From Raillietiella orientalis (Eukaryota): a DNA stretch of 64,000 nucleotides. The notes below the pieces were generated by a model. The model was not told the DNA's origin. It saw only the letters and a list, made by a program, of their open reading frames with translations, and did no database searches. Positions within the stretch are counted from its first letter, which is position 1, and each line of letters opens with the position of its first letter. Made by a program: the position numbers and the translations under genes. The stretch covers positions 372,001 to 436,000 of the forward strand of contig JAYWIR010000057.1 of NCBI GenBank assembly GCA_036172245.1, read 5' to 3'. This document shows positions 49,101-57,149 of this stretch, in pieces.

Positions 49101-51108
49101 CGGGACGAAACTTCCACCCAAGGCATGCGAGAAGGAAGACCGCCCTCCTCTTGAAGAAACCTGCACCCTGCATCCGTGCATCTTCTTGTTCCCTAACCAG
49201 CAGATCTCCGAGATCGAGCACAAGGACACGTCGGAGGGCACCGAGTGGTTTGTCGGGAGCTGGAGCCGAGTGAGTTTTCGAGAGGCTGCAACGTGGTCTC
49301 TTAACTTGGGCCAACCAGTGTTCCCGAACTTGCGGAGGGGGCAGACAGAGGAGGAAGGTCATGTGCCTGGATGCGAACAAAAGAGAAAGCGATCGCTGCG
49401 ACATATCGATCTATCCCATCGAATTCATGTCCTGTAACACGGATCCGTGTCCGAACTGGAATTACGGGGAGTGGGGAGCTGTAAGTACAGCAGATGCTCC
49501 TTTTTCCTTCTTTGCATTATCAGGTTCTCTGGTAGTGCACCCAAAAATGCGGGGATGGCTTCCAGCAAAGACAAGTCAGATGCCAAGATTATTTGGGCTC
49601 CCTTCTTCCAGATCATAACTGTGATTTGCATAAGAGACCACTTGATATGCGACCATGTAATCTACGAAACTGTGTTGGAAGGGAAGTACAGTGGACCGCA
49701 GGCCCTTGGGGCACCTGCTCTCGGTCATGCGACGAAGGGAAGAGGAGGAGAAAGGTATTCTGCACCGTCAAAAATTCCATGACCACGGTCATACCGGACG
49801 CCAAGTGCTATGGGAAACCGAAACCCAGAAGTGTAAAATCGTGCAACAAGAAACCTTGCCCGTACCGCTGGAAGACTTCTGACTGGTCTCCTGTGAGTGC
49901 GTCTTCTGGCGTTTTCCCCGCTTACGTCAAGCCAGTGCTCACGCTCCTGCGGCCGCGGGATACAGAGGCGCCAAGTGACTTGTCACCGAGTCAACTTCCT
50001 GGGCTGGGAAGACCCTGACGTCGTGACGACCAGCTGCGACTTCTTCAAGAAACCAAGCGAGATAGAAGCCTGCTACTTGGGAAACTGCACTGAAAGACAC
50101 TCTTGGTCAGTAGGTCCGTGGAAAAAGGTCTGTGAAAGAGGAAAGTTGGAAACTGAGCTGGTAAAATTAGCAGTGCTCGGAACACTGCGGGAACTCCGGC
50201 AAGCAGAGACGACGAGTGCAGTGCGTTGACCACGCAGGCAGGAAGGCTTCCCGGCGCATGTGCTCCTCGGCCCTCAGACCTGAAGTTCAGAGACCGTGCA
50301 ACCGGCGATCTTGTGAGTTAGGAAGAATTAAACTGCACATTATGTTTGTAGGTGGGTTTCTCAGCTGTAAAGAAGTGCAGATACGTCGCGATAAGAAACT
50401 TGATGGGGAGTATCGTCTTCTGGTTGGTAACCGTAACATGTCGATCTACTGCCATCGGATGAACAGTTCGTCCCCGCGAGAGTACCTCACTCTGCCCAGG
50501 GGGAATCAGAACTATGCGGAGATTTTTCCTCGAAGGCATGAAGATCAAGGGGTCGGGAAAGCATTTCTTCAACGTATCTCGTAGCCTTAAGAATCCCGAC
50601 ACGTGCCCGTATGGAGGGCTGAGAAACATTAGTTGCGACTGCACGTACGACAGGAAGAGAGCCGGTTTCACCGTGTTTCGCAAATTGCGCTTGAACGTGA
50701 CGTCACTCCGGGTTCAGAGTAAGCTGGGAAGAGTACGAGAGCTGTCCTTGAGAGCTTCTCATTTCAGCCGACGATTTCACGTTCACCAGGCAGATCCGAG
50801 GCGAGCGAATCGCGTACGCCGTGGCTGGAGATTGTTACAGTCGAATGCACTGTCCTCAGGGAAAATTCAGCATCAACGTGATGGGAACCCGGCTGCGAAT
50901 TTCACCTCTAAGCAAGTGGATAGGCTGGGGTCATGGCACAGCGCCCGTCATCACTCGATCTGAGGTAACGAGCTCCGGTGGGCTCCCGCACCTTTGACCG
51001 CCCGGAACACGCCAGAACCACCAGAAAGTGCAAGGAAAATGCGGAGGATACTGTGGCTCCTGCGGACCAGATCCCAGCATCGGCCTGAAGCTGGAAGTGC
51101 TGCCATGA
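7051..51108 (+). CDS. gon-1: ADAMTS9/ADAMTS20/GON-1-like secreted zinc metalloprotease with thrombospondin repeats and GON domain (28 coding exons, 1623 aa)
   Basis: Hand-spliced join(7051-7150,24513-24748,32826-32979,34639-34799,36606-36826,36900-37046,37101-37253,37384-37522,37584-37807,39472-39719,39772-39945,40004-40171,40505-40674,40735-40861,40942-41065,41156-41360,41457-41639,47647-47781,48871-49005,49060-49269,49319-49480,49536-49892,49936-50127,50174-50312,50352-50535,50585-50718,50768-50964,51016-51108). All intron phases match and the total of 4872 nt is divisible by 3. Motifs: [51 protein letters not shown] and [10 protein letters not shown]. The GON domain is diagnostic of the ADAMTS9/20/GON-1 clade. 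Confidence 0.93.
11330..12300 (+). mobile_element. Decayed hAT transposase remnant
   Basis: [15 protein letters not shown] (LDESTD), [18 protein letters not shown] (HCxxHRxxL) and HNALL occur in the expected order. Confidence 0.45.
14100..16150 (-). mobile_element. Near full-length decayed hAT transposase remnant
   Basis: Ordered motifs across frameshifts: EQGMK (ExMKP), GNRVRR (NTVxRR), EENLV, HSLH...AKTLL...NSRHRKQ (HCxxH..AK.L..NSRLF.Q), C-terminal ESVSEL. Confidence 0.5.
19550..21350 (-). mobile_element. Decayed hAT transposase remnant (N-terminal half)
   Basis: [11 protein letters not shown] (MKPSxLxxH), [23 protein letters not shown] (ASYxxSxxIAKxxKPxxxGExLI), EEELIF. Confidence 0.5.
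21700..22080 (+). mobile_element. Decayed hAT C-terminal dimerisation-domain fragment
   Basis: GFLTCV...LLRKK...RG resembles GFSAV..LLTKKRNRL...RGDLR. Confidence 0.3.
23160..23392 (-). mobile_element. Possible Ty3/Gypsy pol relic
   Basis: IDQLFPTL (IDDLFxxL) and [18 protein letters not shown] (LxxLLKK...WTPEA..AF), with the RT core missing. Confidence 0.3.
23393..24149 (+). repeat. Pair of ~97 bp near-identical direct repeats (23393-23490 and 24052-24149)
   Basis: ATCCAGCACGCCGCGGACGCTGACGTCTGCGAGAAGCGACCGGACAGAGGA.ACCTAGGGG...GCATTTGCCACGGTCCCT occurs twice, 659 bp apart. Confidence 0.9.
23523..23625 (+). repeat. Repeat family D, copy 1
   Basis: GACTTGAGTTTCCTTCTCGCC.TCTG...GACGTCCG.TCTTCAG...AAGGAGTTAACGCGAGTA shared with 37929-38030. 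Confidence 0.8.
24513..24748 (+). CDS. gon-1: ADAMTS exon 2: prodomain (Pep_M12B_propep-like)
   Basis: tttcag| ...[15 protein letters not shown]...[20 protein letters not shown] |gtaagt. Confidence 0.85.
25806..25832. repeat. (GGT)9 microsatellite
   Basis: Direct reading. Confidence 0.9.
29165..29560 (+). mobile_element. Repeat family A, highly decayed partial copy
   Basis: GTTCGAATCCC head followed by AGTCGACCT and GGGCCTCCCTTT resemblances. Confidence 0.35.
29811..30395 (+). mobile_element. Repeat family A copy
   Basis: GCCCGCGTTGGC...GGTCTCCGCGCGTGGCACCGAG...GGATTGGAAGTTGACCCT...GAGAGGAACGGATTCTTTCCTCCAGAGCC. Confidence 0.75.
31547..31940 (+). mobile_element. Repeat family A, 3'-truncated copy
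   Basis: TGGCACCGAACGTTGCGGG...GGGATTGGAAGTTGACCCT...AAATGGAGCCAT. Confidence 0.65.
31990..32810 (-). mobile_element. Decayed hAT transposase remnant, C-terminal half
   Basis: NC....FEALLE, ALQG, KLRPKE*MERNF (ELQxxEELKxxF), NYP and [10 protein letters not shown] (ExGFSAVxDI). Confidence 0.4.
32826..32979 (+). CDS. gon-1: ADAMTS exon 3: prodomain with candidate cysteine-switch Cys
   Basis: tttcag| [32 protein letters not shown]...SFCAQE G|gtaacg. Its phases (0 in, 1 out) exactly bridge exons 2 and 4. Confidence 0.8.
32985..34000 (-). mobile_element. Decayed hAT transposase remnant, N-terminal and catalytic half
   Basis: DEMFCKA...RRIF (EExLFCK...IF), [18 protein letters not shown] (ALNSRLF), [11 protein letters not shown] (FxRLLLHTEVRWL). 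Confidence 0.55.
34639..34799 (+). CDS. gon-1: ADAMTS exon 4: furin site and start of catalytic domain
   Basis: [42 protein letters not shown]|gtaagg. An alternative in-frame acceptor would start the exon at 34651. Confidence 0.9.
35200..35825 (+). mobile_element. Repeat family A copy
   Basis: Perfect B-box GGTTCGAATCC at 35241-35251, ~40 bp subrepeats and a 3' end GGTCCCCTCCCGGGGTACC like the copy at 980-1550. Confidence 0.75.
36606..36826 (+). CDS. gon-1: ADAMTS exon 5: metalloprotease domain
   Basis: [21 protein letters not shown]...NFCQWQ...FDVAVLITR; ctccag| and |gtagga. Confidence 0.93.
36900..37046 (+). CDS. gon-1: ADAMTS exon 6: catalytic domain, first half of zinc motif
   Basis: [22 protein letters not shown]...[17 protein letters not shown]; |gtaagg. 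Confidence 0.96.
37101..37253 (+). CDS. gon-1: ADAMTS exon 7: third zinc His and Met-turn
   Basis: [11 protein letters not shown]...[29 protein letters not shown]. Confidence 0.95.
37384..37522 (+). CDS. gon-1: ADAMTS exon 8: end of catalytic domain and start of disintegrin-like domain
   Basis: [11 protein letters not shown]...[16 protein letters not shown]...ACPV|gtgagt. Confidence 0.93.
37584..37807 (+). CDS. gon-1: ADAMTS exon 9: disintegrin-like domain and start of central TSP1
   Basis: CEALYC...[25 protein letters not shown]...VHGGWGDWQ|gtaagt. The start is ambiguous (37584, 37620 or 37626). Confidence 0.9.
37929..38030 (+). repeat. Repeat family D, copy 2
   Basis: Matches 23523-23625. 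Confidence 0.8.
39472..39719 (+). CDS. gon-1: ADAMTS exon 10: central TSP1 and start of Cys-rich domain
   Basis: [10 protein letters not shown]...[29 protein letters not shown]...DFRELQC...RWKPVY. Confidence 0.95.
39772..39945 (+). CDS. gon-1: ADAMTS exon 11: Cys-rich domain
   Basis: [10 protein letters not shown]...[29 protein letters not shown]. Confidence 0.95.
40004..40171 (+). CDS. gon-1: ADAMTS exon 12: end of Cys-rich domain and start of spacer
   Basis: [13 protein letters not shown]...[17 protein letters not shown]. Confidence 0.95.
40505..40674 (+). CDS. gon-1: ADAMTS exon 13: spacer
   Basis: [18 protein letters not shown]...GTAVHYSGS...EQVSASRPL...VQ|gtaggg. Confidence 0.92.
40735..40861 (+). 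CDS. gon-1: ADAMTS exon 14: end of spacer and start of TSP1-2
   Basis: VVTASP...IMYEYVI...[17 protein letters not shown]. Confidence 0.9.
40942..41065 (+). CDS. gon-1: ADAMTS exon 15: TSP1-2
   Basis: [40 protein letters not shown]. Confidence 0.9.
41156..41360 (+). CDS. gon-1: ADAMTS exon 16: TSP1-3
   Basis: [16 protein letters not shown]...[17 protein letters not shown]|gttcgt. Confidence 0.92.
41457..41639 (+). CDS. gon-1: ADAMTS exon 17: TSP1-4 and Gly-rich linker
   Basis: [18 protein letters not shown]...[24 protein letters not shown]|gtgagc. Confidence 0.92.
41870..42095 (+). mobile_element. Repeat family A, internally deleted decayed copy
   Basis: GAGATGATTCTGGTTGGC...GGTTCCCTCCAAGGAGTAAAAAGGAAACGG resemble family A blocks. 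Confidence 0.4.
44640..46600 (-). mobile_element. Highly decayed non-LTR retrotransposon (RT plus Cys/His knuckle, R2/NeSL-like) remnant
   Basis: Ordered weak motifs: VRKAL (KAFD), VRRQCPMLP (GVRQGCPLSP), [30 protein letters not shown] (FF..P..GGLG), [15 protein letters not shown] (CR.C...ET..HIL..C). Confidence 0.4.
47647..47781 (+). CDS. gon-1: ADAMTS exon 18 (putative): non-repeat linker, symmetric phase 0-0
   Basis: Very strong acceptor (long T tract, ctctttcag|), an open 45-codon frame [10 protein letters not shown]...RTFDEHSK and donor |gtacga. It has no domain motif, so it is less certain. Confidence 0.6.
47830..48790 (-). mobile_element. Decayed hAT transposase remnant, C-terminal half
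   Basis: [15 protein letters not shown] (LLLHTEVRWLSxGxxLxR), [20 protein letters not shown] (LQGxxxxLxxxxxxIxxF), GFW, SVSEL. Confidence 0.55.
48871..49005 (+). CDS. gon-1: ADAMTS exon 19: miniature TSP1 and start of next TSP1
   Basis: [45 protein letters not shown]; ends at a GC donor. Confidence 0.85.
49060..49269 (+). CDS. gon-1: ADAMTS exon 20: TSP1
   Basis: GLKQRQVHC...CTLHPC...EWFVGSWSR|gtgagt. Confidence 0.9.
49319..49480 (+). CDS. gon-1: ADAMTS exon 21: TSP1
   Basis: [16 protein letters not shown]...[16 protein letters not shown]|gtaagt. Confidence 0.93.
49536..49892 (+). CDS. gon-1: ADAMTS exon 22: two TSP1 repeats
   Basis: [16 protein letters not shown]...[16 protein letters not shown]...[17 protein letters not shown]|gtgagt. 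Confidence 0.93.
49936..50127 (+). CDS. gon-1: ADAMTS exon 23: TSP1
   Basis: [19 protein letters not shown]...[19 protein letters not shown]. Confidence 0.93.
50174..50312 (+). CDS. gon-1: ADAMTS exon 24: last TSP1
   Basis: [17 protein letters not shown]...RPCNRRS; tagcag tandem acceptor. Confidence 0.92.
50352..50535 (+). CDS. gon-1: ADAMTS exon 25: start of GON domain
   Basis: SCKEVQ...DGEYRLLV...[17 protein letters not shown]...NYAEIFPR; ends at a GC donor. Confidence 0.9.
50585..50718 (+). CDS. gon-1: ADAMTS exon 26: GON domain
   Basis: [19 protein letters not shown]...[19 protein letters not shown]|gtaagc. Confidence 0.93.
50768..50964 (+). CDS. gon-1: ADAMTS exon 27: GON domain
   Basis: DDFTFTRQ...[27 protein letters not shown]...|gtaacg. 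Confidence 0.94.
51016..51108 (+). CDS. gon-1: ADAMTS exon 28: end of GON domain and stop
   Basis: [30 protein letters not shown]. Confidence 0.94.
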   Translation, partial: NHQKVQGKCGGYCGSCGPDPSIGLKLEVLP

Positions 51109-51429
51109 AGCTGAAAGTGCTGCCCGTTTCTCGTTCTAGTCAGTCAGCACTGCCACGAGCGCGCACTGCCAGCGCACATTTCCCGTCATTCCTTCCGAAC
51201 TTTCCCGACTCCTAAGGGTAGCGGACTGTTATCTGATCGAAAGAGTTTTCCTGAGGTCGCTCACCTTGCGGTCGTGTGCTGTCGAATGGTGTTCGGCAGC
51301 GGCCGAACAGGAACACGCGAAAGGGGAATTCTTGCACGCCTGCAGCACCCGAACCATCTCGGACCTGTTCTCCGCGACATACCACTCTTGTTTCGTTTCC
51401 CGAGAACGGTTCCCTCTCTAGAGAATCCA

Positions 51430-51435
51430 AATAAA
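51430..51435 (+). promoter_or_regulatory. Candidate polyadenylation signal AATAAA
   Basis: First AATAAA I found after the stop, about 320 nt downstream. Confidence 0.4.
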
Positions 51436-53049
51436 ACGCCTCACGGACAATGGCAACGAAGGCTTCGGTACTGTTTCTGGTCCATGCTTCTGAAAACACG
51501 AGCTTCAACAAGTGTATCCAATACACCCATTGACTTGGTTCCAGTTCTTTTTCTTCTTCTTCTTCTTTTTTTTTTTTTTGTTCTTCTAAAGATAGTGACC
51601 CCGACAGAGCTTTAAGCCTCTGGAGCAAACTCATTCGATGCTTGACTGTCCAAAATGATCTGCGGTGATCGTCGAGGCAAACGACGGCTTCAAACAGAAA
51701 GGGGTGTGGGGTGGGGGTGGGGGGTGCTTTGACTCTGCTCGTTCTTCTTCGCAACGTCTGTCTCATACTCCGCGACCGACTCGTTGAAGATATTCCAACG
51801 CAGTTTGTCTCTCGGATTTTCTCGCAGATCTTCGGTGAGATGCAGTGACAAGATCATCCGAAAGAAACCTTCCCCGGTAAGGAAAGAGAGAGCCGACCTG
51901 ACGCACGGCCAATCGTGTGAGGAGGGATGTGGGGGAGCATACTTGTGAAAAAAAAAAAAAAAAAAACTATTGATGAGAAATGTTTGTTTCAGTTATTTGC
52001 CCATAAATACTGGGGTCGAATCGTAGAAGTGAAGACCTCGTGTTTTGGATTTGTGCTCTGCAGATCAACATGCTCAGAACGCCGTTTGCTATCAAAATTC
52101 CCCACTACGTCCTCTTACGGTTGCTGCATGAATTAAATGTGTACTTTATATTTCCATACATGAATAAGCCTGTGAAAAAAAGGAAAAGAAAAAAAACGAT
52201 TCATGTTTTTTTTTTTTTTTTTTTTTCTGGTTTTCATTTTTCGCATGATGGAATGAGAGCGATGGGAGAACACTGAGCACACGGCAAGACACACATGAGG
52301 AGAGATGCCACGCGTTAGCCTTGTCATGGCACCGAGTGCATTCCATTCCCTCCCAACCTGGAAACCGGGTGCACGGAGAAGCCCGAGTCGCCAAACCTTG
52401 GCAGGAAGTGCCAAAAATACCCGGTGGCTGCGCAGGATCGCAGTGCTCGCTCACAAGGCCTTTCGGTGATCCTCGGTTCGCCCACACCCGCATCCCAAGA
52501 ACGGGTCCTTCATGCTTCCGAAATCGTCGTCGGCGGGGAGTTTCCCCTGCTTCCTCTTCCATGCATGTGGTTTCCGTGCAGCGCATTCGGGATGGAACTG
52601 TCTTTTTCTTCCTGTTCCCTTTCTGAGAACGACACCTACAACGCAGAAAAGCAAATAACGGCTGGGAAACCTCACGAGAGCAGACTTCGTCTATTTGGCA
52701 TAACGGCTTCTGGGTTTATCATTCGCTGCCACACCGATTCTTGTTTTTTGGAACGCTTCTAGGACACCAGATTCGGTGTTCACGAACCCAGCTGCTGCAC
52801 TGACGCTGGTCCGAGTTGATTGAAAAACGAAAAGAGCGAACCCAAGAGGCCTCCTGCAGCATCTTTATTCCTTTCATCGTTGCCTTTTTCTTTCTTTCCT
52901 TTGTGTGCACGAAGGTTTTTCCATTTGAGTGGCACCGGCTGTTTATCCCTGTAGGATGCTTACGAAAATTGGTGTTCACATTCGTTCTTCACTGAGTGAC
53001 ACAGACTTGGTGCGGGATGGCAGGCAGCTTAGGTAGGACCACAATTCTT

Positions 53050-54450
53050 ACTTGACAACTGCTGACGCGCCTACAAACTGTTGAATTCCATCGACTGCGA
53101 GAGGGAATTTCAGGGTTTTCCATTCTCATGAAAAGGCAAAACCGTGAGATGGGCAAAAACAAAGCAGCAAACAATTCCATGTCAACAACCGACTTTTTGT
53201 CCCATCTCCGGAAGCACCACAAAAGGCGAAAGATGCTGAACTCACACAAGAAGACACTAAAAGGGTGCAGCCTCAAATGCAGCTGAAGAGGAGAATTCAC
53301 TGATGAAGATTCGCAGCTTCATTGCCTCCACTCCTTCAAAGAAAAGTTTCGGGAAAGAATGTTTAGGGCATGGTTGACGGAAAGGGTTGCAAACATTCAA
53401 GAAAAACGTACATTTCGAATTTCCGGTACGAACCGTTCTTGGGAAGCGCCCGGTAACAGATAAAACACTTTATCGTCATTGTAATCTGGAGAATACGGAA
53501 ACTTTTAATGAAGGAAGGACCTTAATCGAACAGCTGACGGTCGAGAACAGGCGAAGACACGCGAATAGCCATCCTTTGCACTCAGTTCTTTTCGATACCG
53601 TGACTTACCAAAAGAGCCTTCCGCTCAGCTTCTGGAAGGATCCCATCCTCTTCTCCATGACTTTTTCTACTTTTCCTACTGTACTTTTTGTCGACAGGAC
53701 TTCATTTGCTGGGGCTGCCTATAGACGTGTTGGTTCGATGCAGTCGATCTTATCGCTCTTCTTTAGCAAAATTTGCTTCTTTCTCGCTTGAGGTTCTGTC
53801 GGCGCAGAAGAGCTCTCCTACCAGTACAAAAACAATCACAGAGAGCATCGATCATATAACATTCAGCAAACGTTGAACAGTCCCGTGAGGAGGACAACCT
53901 CACGAGGACTTCATCATGTTTCGAGGAAACAGAGCGATTACTTGACCCGTACTGAAGACGTTAGGAAACAGTCTCTCCACATGGGGAGATCTTTCGATCC
54001 GGACTTAGCAACGGTCAGCATCATCCTGGCCCATTTGCAATGCGTTCCCGTTACATTTACATGTTTGATGCTGTCCCTCTCTTTTCTTTCCGATGTCTTC
54101 TTCCTGACATCACTGATAGTTCCCCTCCATCCGGCTCCAAGTTCGTTGAGACTAGCTCTCCCACTTGCAGTTCCAGTTCACTCTATGCTATCCGAAAATC
54201 AAGTCGCAGCCGCAAGCGAAGTTTCCTCTTGCTATCCGATTCCTTCCTTGATCTTCAACCTCCCGCATATGTTAGAAGAGAATTTGTTCTTCCCTTTCAC
54301 GCCGGTATCGCAGAATCCAAAGTTTCTTTCTGCTTTCTTGCGTAGGGGGGGGAGAGAGAAGATTTTTTCTCAAATCGCGGATGGAAGTTGTGGTGTTTCG
54401 CATCCAGCTTTACATCCTTTGCTCGGAGAATTTGCCAGACTTTCGACCTA
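53050..54450 (-). mobile_element. Decayed hAT transposase remnant
   Basis: LAN..KL..H..HP, VAKSG..PH..ERL and TECKGWLF (TDxKGESIF) in order. Confidence 0.45.
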
Positions 54451-54899
54451 AAGGAAAGAATAGTTGCACCCGAAAAGTAAAAATCACCTTACCGCGTAAC
54501 AACAGCCGAGACTGCGGCTGCACCCACGAAGAATTTTCCCAGAAAAACTGGCCGTATTTCTGTTTCGGATGCAACGGAACTACCGTCATGGGAAGTTCTT
54601 GTAACAGAAAATTTATTGGAAAAAACAGGGGGGGGGGGGGGAATACAAGGAAGACGACAGCCCATTACCATCTTCCAGGAACTCTTTGCGATATACTCAT
54701 TGGCGTGCGATTCGATTAAATGGGAATGTCTACACCGAAATTTTCTACTACGACCGTTCAGTTGTGGGTTGTGTTCTCCGGATGGCACGTGTCAAATATA
54801 AGGGTGAAGATAGATATCGAAGTTGTTGGGTTTGGTTTACAAGTTTTACGCCTTCTTTGCTTCAAACATCAGTGAAAGCAACTGCGTAGGAAGGAGCAG

Positions 54900-55320
54900 C
54901 ATCCTTCCTCATCGTATGCTAATCATGTGAGGAGGCTTAAACAGAGAAATCACATCGAGTGAAGAAGTAATAACTCTTCCAACACCGAGTGACAGCATTT
55001 TTTCTATGCCTTTCCCATGAAAATGGTTCCTCGGATGAGTTCTCTTCTGATCGAAACAGCGAGTACAGACAAAGATGCAGCCCCACTGCTTAACAGACCA
55101 TGCAGCTTCCATTAATGATGTTTCTTCGACAACTGATGCAGGTGATCTTCAAGTTTTCGTTTACGAGCTCCAGTTTCGTAGCAAACATACGATGTCAAGA
55201 AGTACGGAGCGCGTTCCAGGTTTGTATGAAAGGACAACCTTGTTTTTATGTAGATTCTCTCCGGCTGTTAAAGTTAGTTCAGGAAGTGAGCAGCGAGGTA
55301 GTCTTAATAAGATTTTAATT
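54900..55320 (-). mobile_element. Decayed hAT transposase fragment
   Basis: YLAAHF (AYLxDxF) followed by FATKLELVNENL (FxxKLxL). Confidence 0.35.
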
Positions 55321-56677
55321 TCAATCCTTCGTCTCTAATTAGTAGAAAAACTAGTCATTCGTTATGGATTTCGACAAAAAAAGAGAGAGAGAGAGAGAAA
55401 GAAACAACGAAATTAGTGGATTGGTTGACCGCAAACGGCCGCAAATGATCTTTTTCCGAATTTGTAAGCTTGGAAAGGGTAGCTTGCTATTCCAGGTCGT
55501 TTCTAAAGTCCTAAGTGTTGTTGACATTCCTCAGCATTTCTCCAGTTCTCCCGGCTCCAAGCCTCTTTCGAACACGCGCGCCATACGAAAATTAAACCAC
55601 TGCTTATGTTCTGTCTTTCACCTCCTGCCTAAGATGACCAGAACAAACCAAGGTGAGGAGGACGTTTCATTTGCCTAATGCCGCAGGTTCGCCTAGTCGA
55701 GGTGTGTGATCATTCGCTTGATGCATGTGTTAAATTACAAATTGTGCTTTTCGATATGCATACATATTTTGTACGCATAGACGGGATTTTCTAGATGGGG
55801 AGGGAGAGGGAAACTCGGCCACCGGAAATAAGAATCTCAGTCACTGACGATTCAGTTTCTCAAATTTTCTTGTGGAAACTTTTAATTTCTGTTGGGACAG
55901 AGCTGAAGAGTTCACTTCGACCAAAGGCAGCCTTGAATGTTTCCTTCACACGGAGGGGTTACTTTCCTCGAAAACAATCCCTTCATTTGCTAAGCGTTCG
56001 AAAACAACCCCGAATATGTCCGGGGTCAGTGGCAGTCTGATCCCACGGCTGCCAAGTATTTTATCTGAAACATAATCACAGAATAAGTTTCATTCTCACT
56101 GATTCATATGTTGTAGGCACGTGGTGGGTGTTCTCTGGTTATTCATGGGGGAAGAAACTTCAAAATAAAGCAAACCTTGGGGTGAACAAAACGCAAATCA
56201 CTTTCTGGATGCATTCTGGGTTTCCAGCATCCAGCGGAACACGACCGACAGGAGATCTTCTCGAAAGATGAATTTGAGACAGAGTCCTCGCGTGCAAACG
56301 AGCCCCGCCTCCGTTCGCCCGCCGAACCGGGGGCATTCACGAAGCCCCATCTCGTGAAATTTCAAGTTTTCGCAGCATCCTAAAACTGCGAGGCCCCATT
56401 CACTCCGGCATCTCTACAAGGATTCCTTGCCTTTGCCGTCACCAGGTCGACCGGTCGTCTGTTACCTTGCTGGAGGGCGCACAGCGAAAGAGCGGCCAAA
56501 CTCCATTTCGTTTTCGCAATCCTCTGAGAAGTTCAGGAAGATCTTAATTCCGTGTGAGGAATTTCACGTCAGGACAGAAAGCCCCTCTTTCTGAATTACT
56601 TTCCCGTGCAGCACGTGCTTTTCCATATACTGAGGACGAAGCGCTCGTGCGAGAACCCAACCCGCCACTCACAGCAT

Positions 56678-56695
56678 ACACACACACACACACAC
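56678..56695. repeat. (AC)n microsatellite
   Basis: Direct reading. Confidence 0.85.
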
Positions 56696-57149
56696 TGAGC
56701 AGAAACAGTGTTACACTGAATATGTAAAACACTCCTTCTGCCCGCGAAATGGAGCTTCCTTTGTGCCTGTGCTAAGATGCTGCAGCCCATGAAAGCCTCA
56801 GCACAAAACGAGCGAGGAGAGTCGAAACGCACCGAAAGGTTCCCTCATACCCATCCGAGCGAGCATTCGCCACGCAGAAGGTTTCTTTTCTTTCCGGAAA
56901 TGTGGCTCAGGAAAAATGCGAACTCTCTTCGAGGAGCTCGCCTCTTCCACCTAACATTCGATTAGCCCTCTTTTTAGAGAGAAGCAGCGAAAACTTGGAG
57001 ATATCTCTCTTCGGTCTGACCTTTCCACTTGGATTCTGTTGCCTAAACCAACGCAGTGATTTTTTTTTTTTTTAAACTGTGTTGGTTATTAAAACTAAAG
57101 ATAAAGCTTGCATCTTTTTTTTCTTTTTCTTTCTTTCTTTTTTGTGGCT

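Noticed and set aside
52170..52230. A-run/T-run inverted repeat resembling a terminator (also 14482-14510)
   Set aside because: Low-complexity homopolymers; bacterial terminators are irrelevant here.
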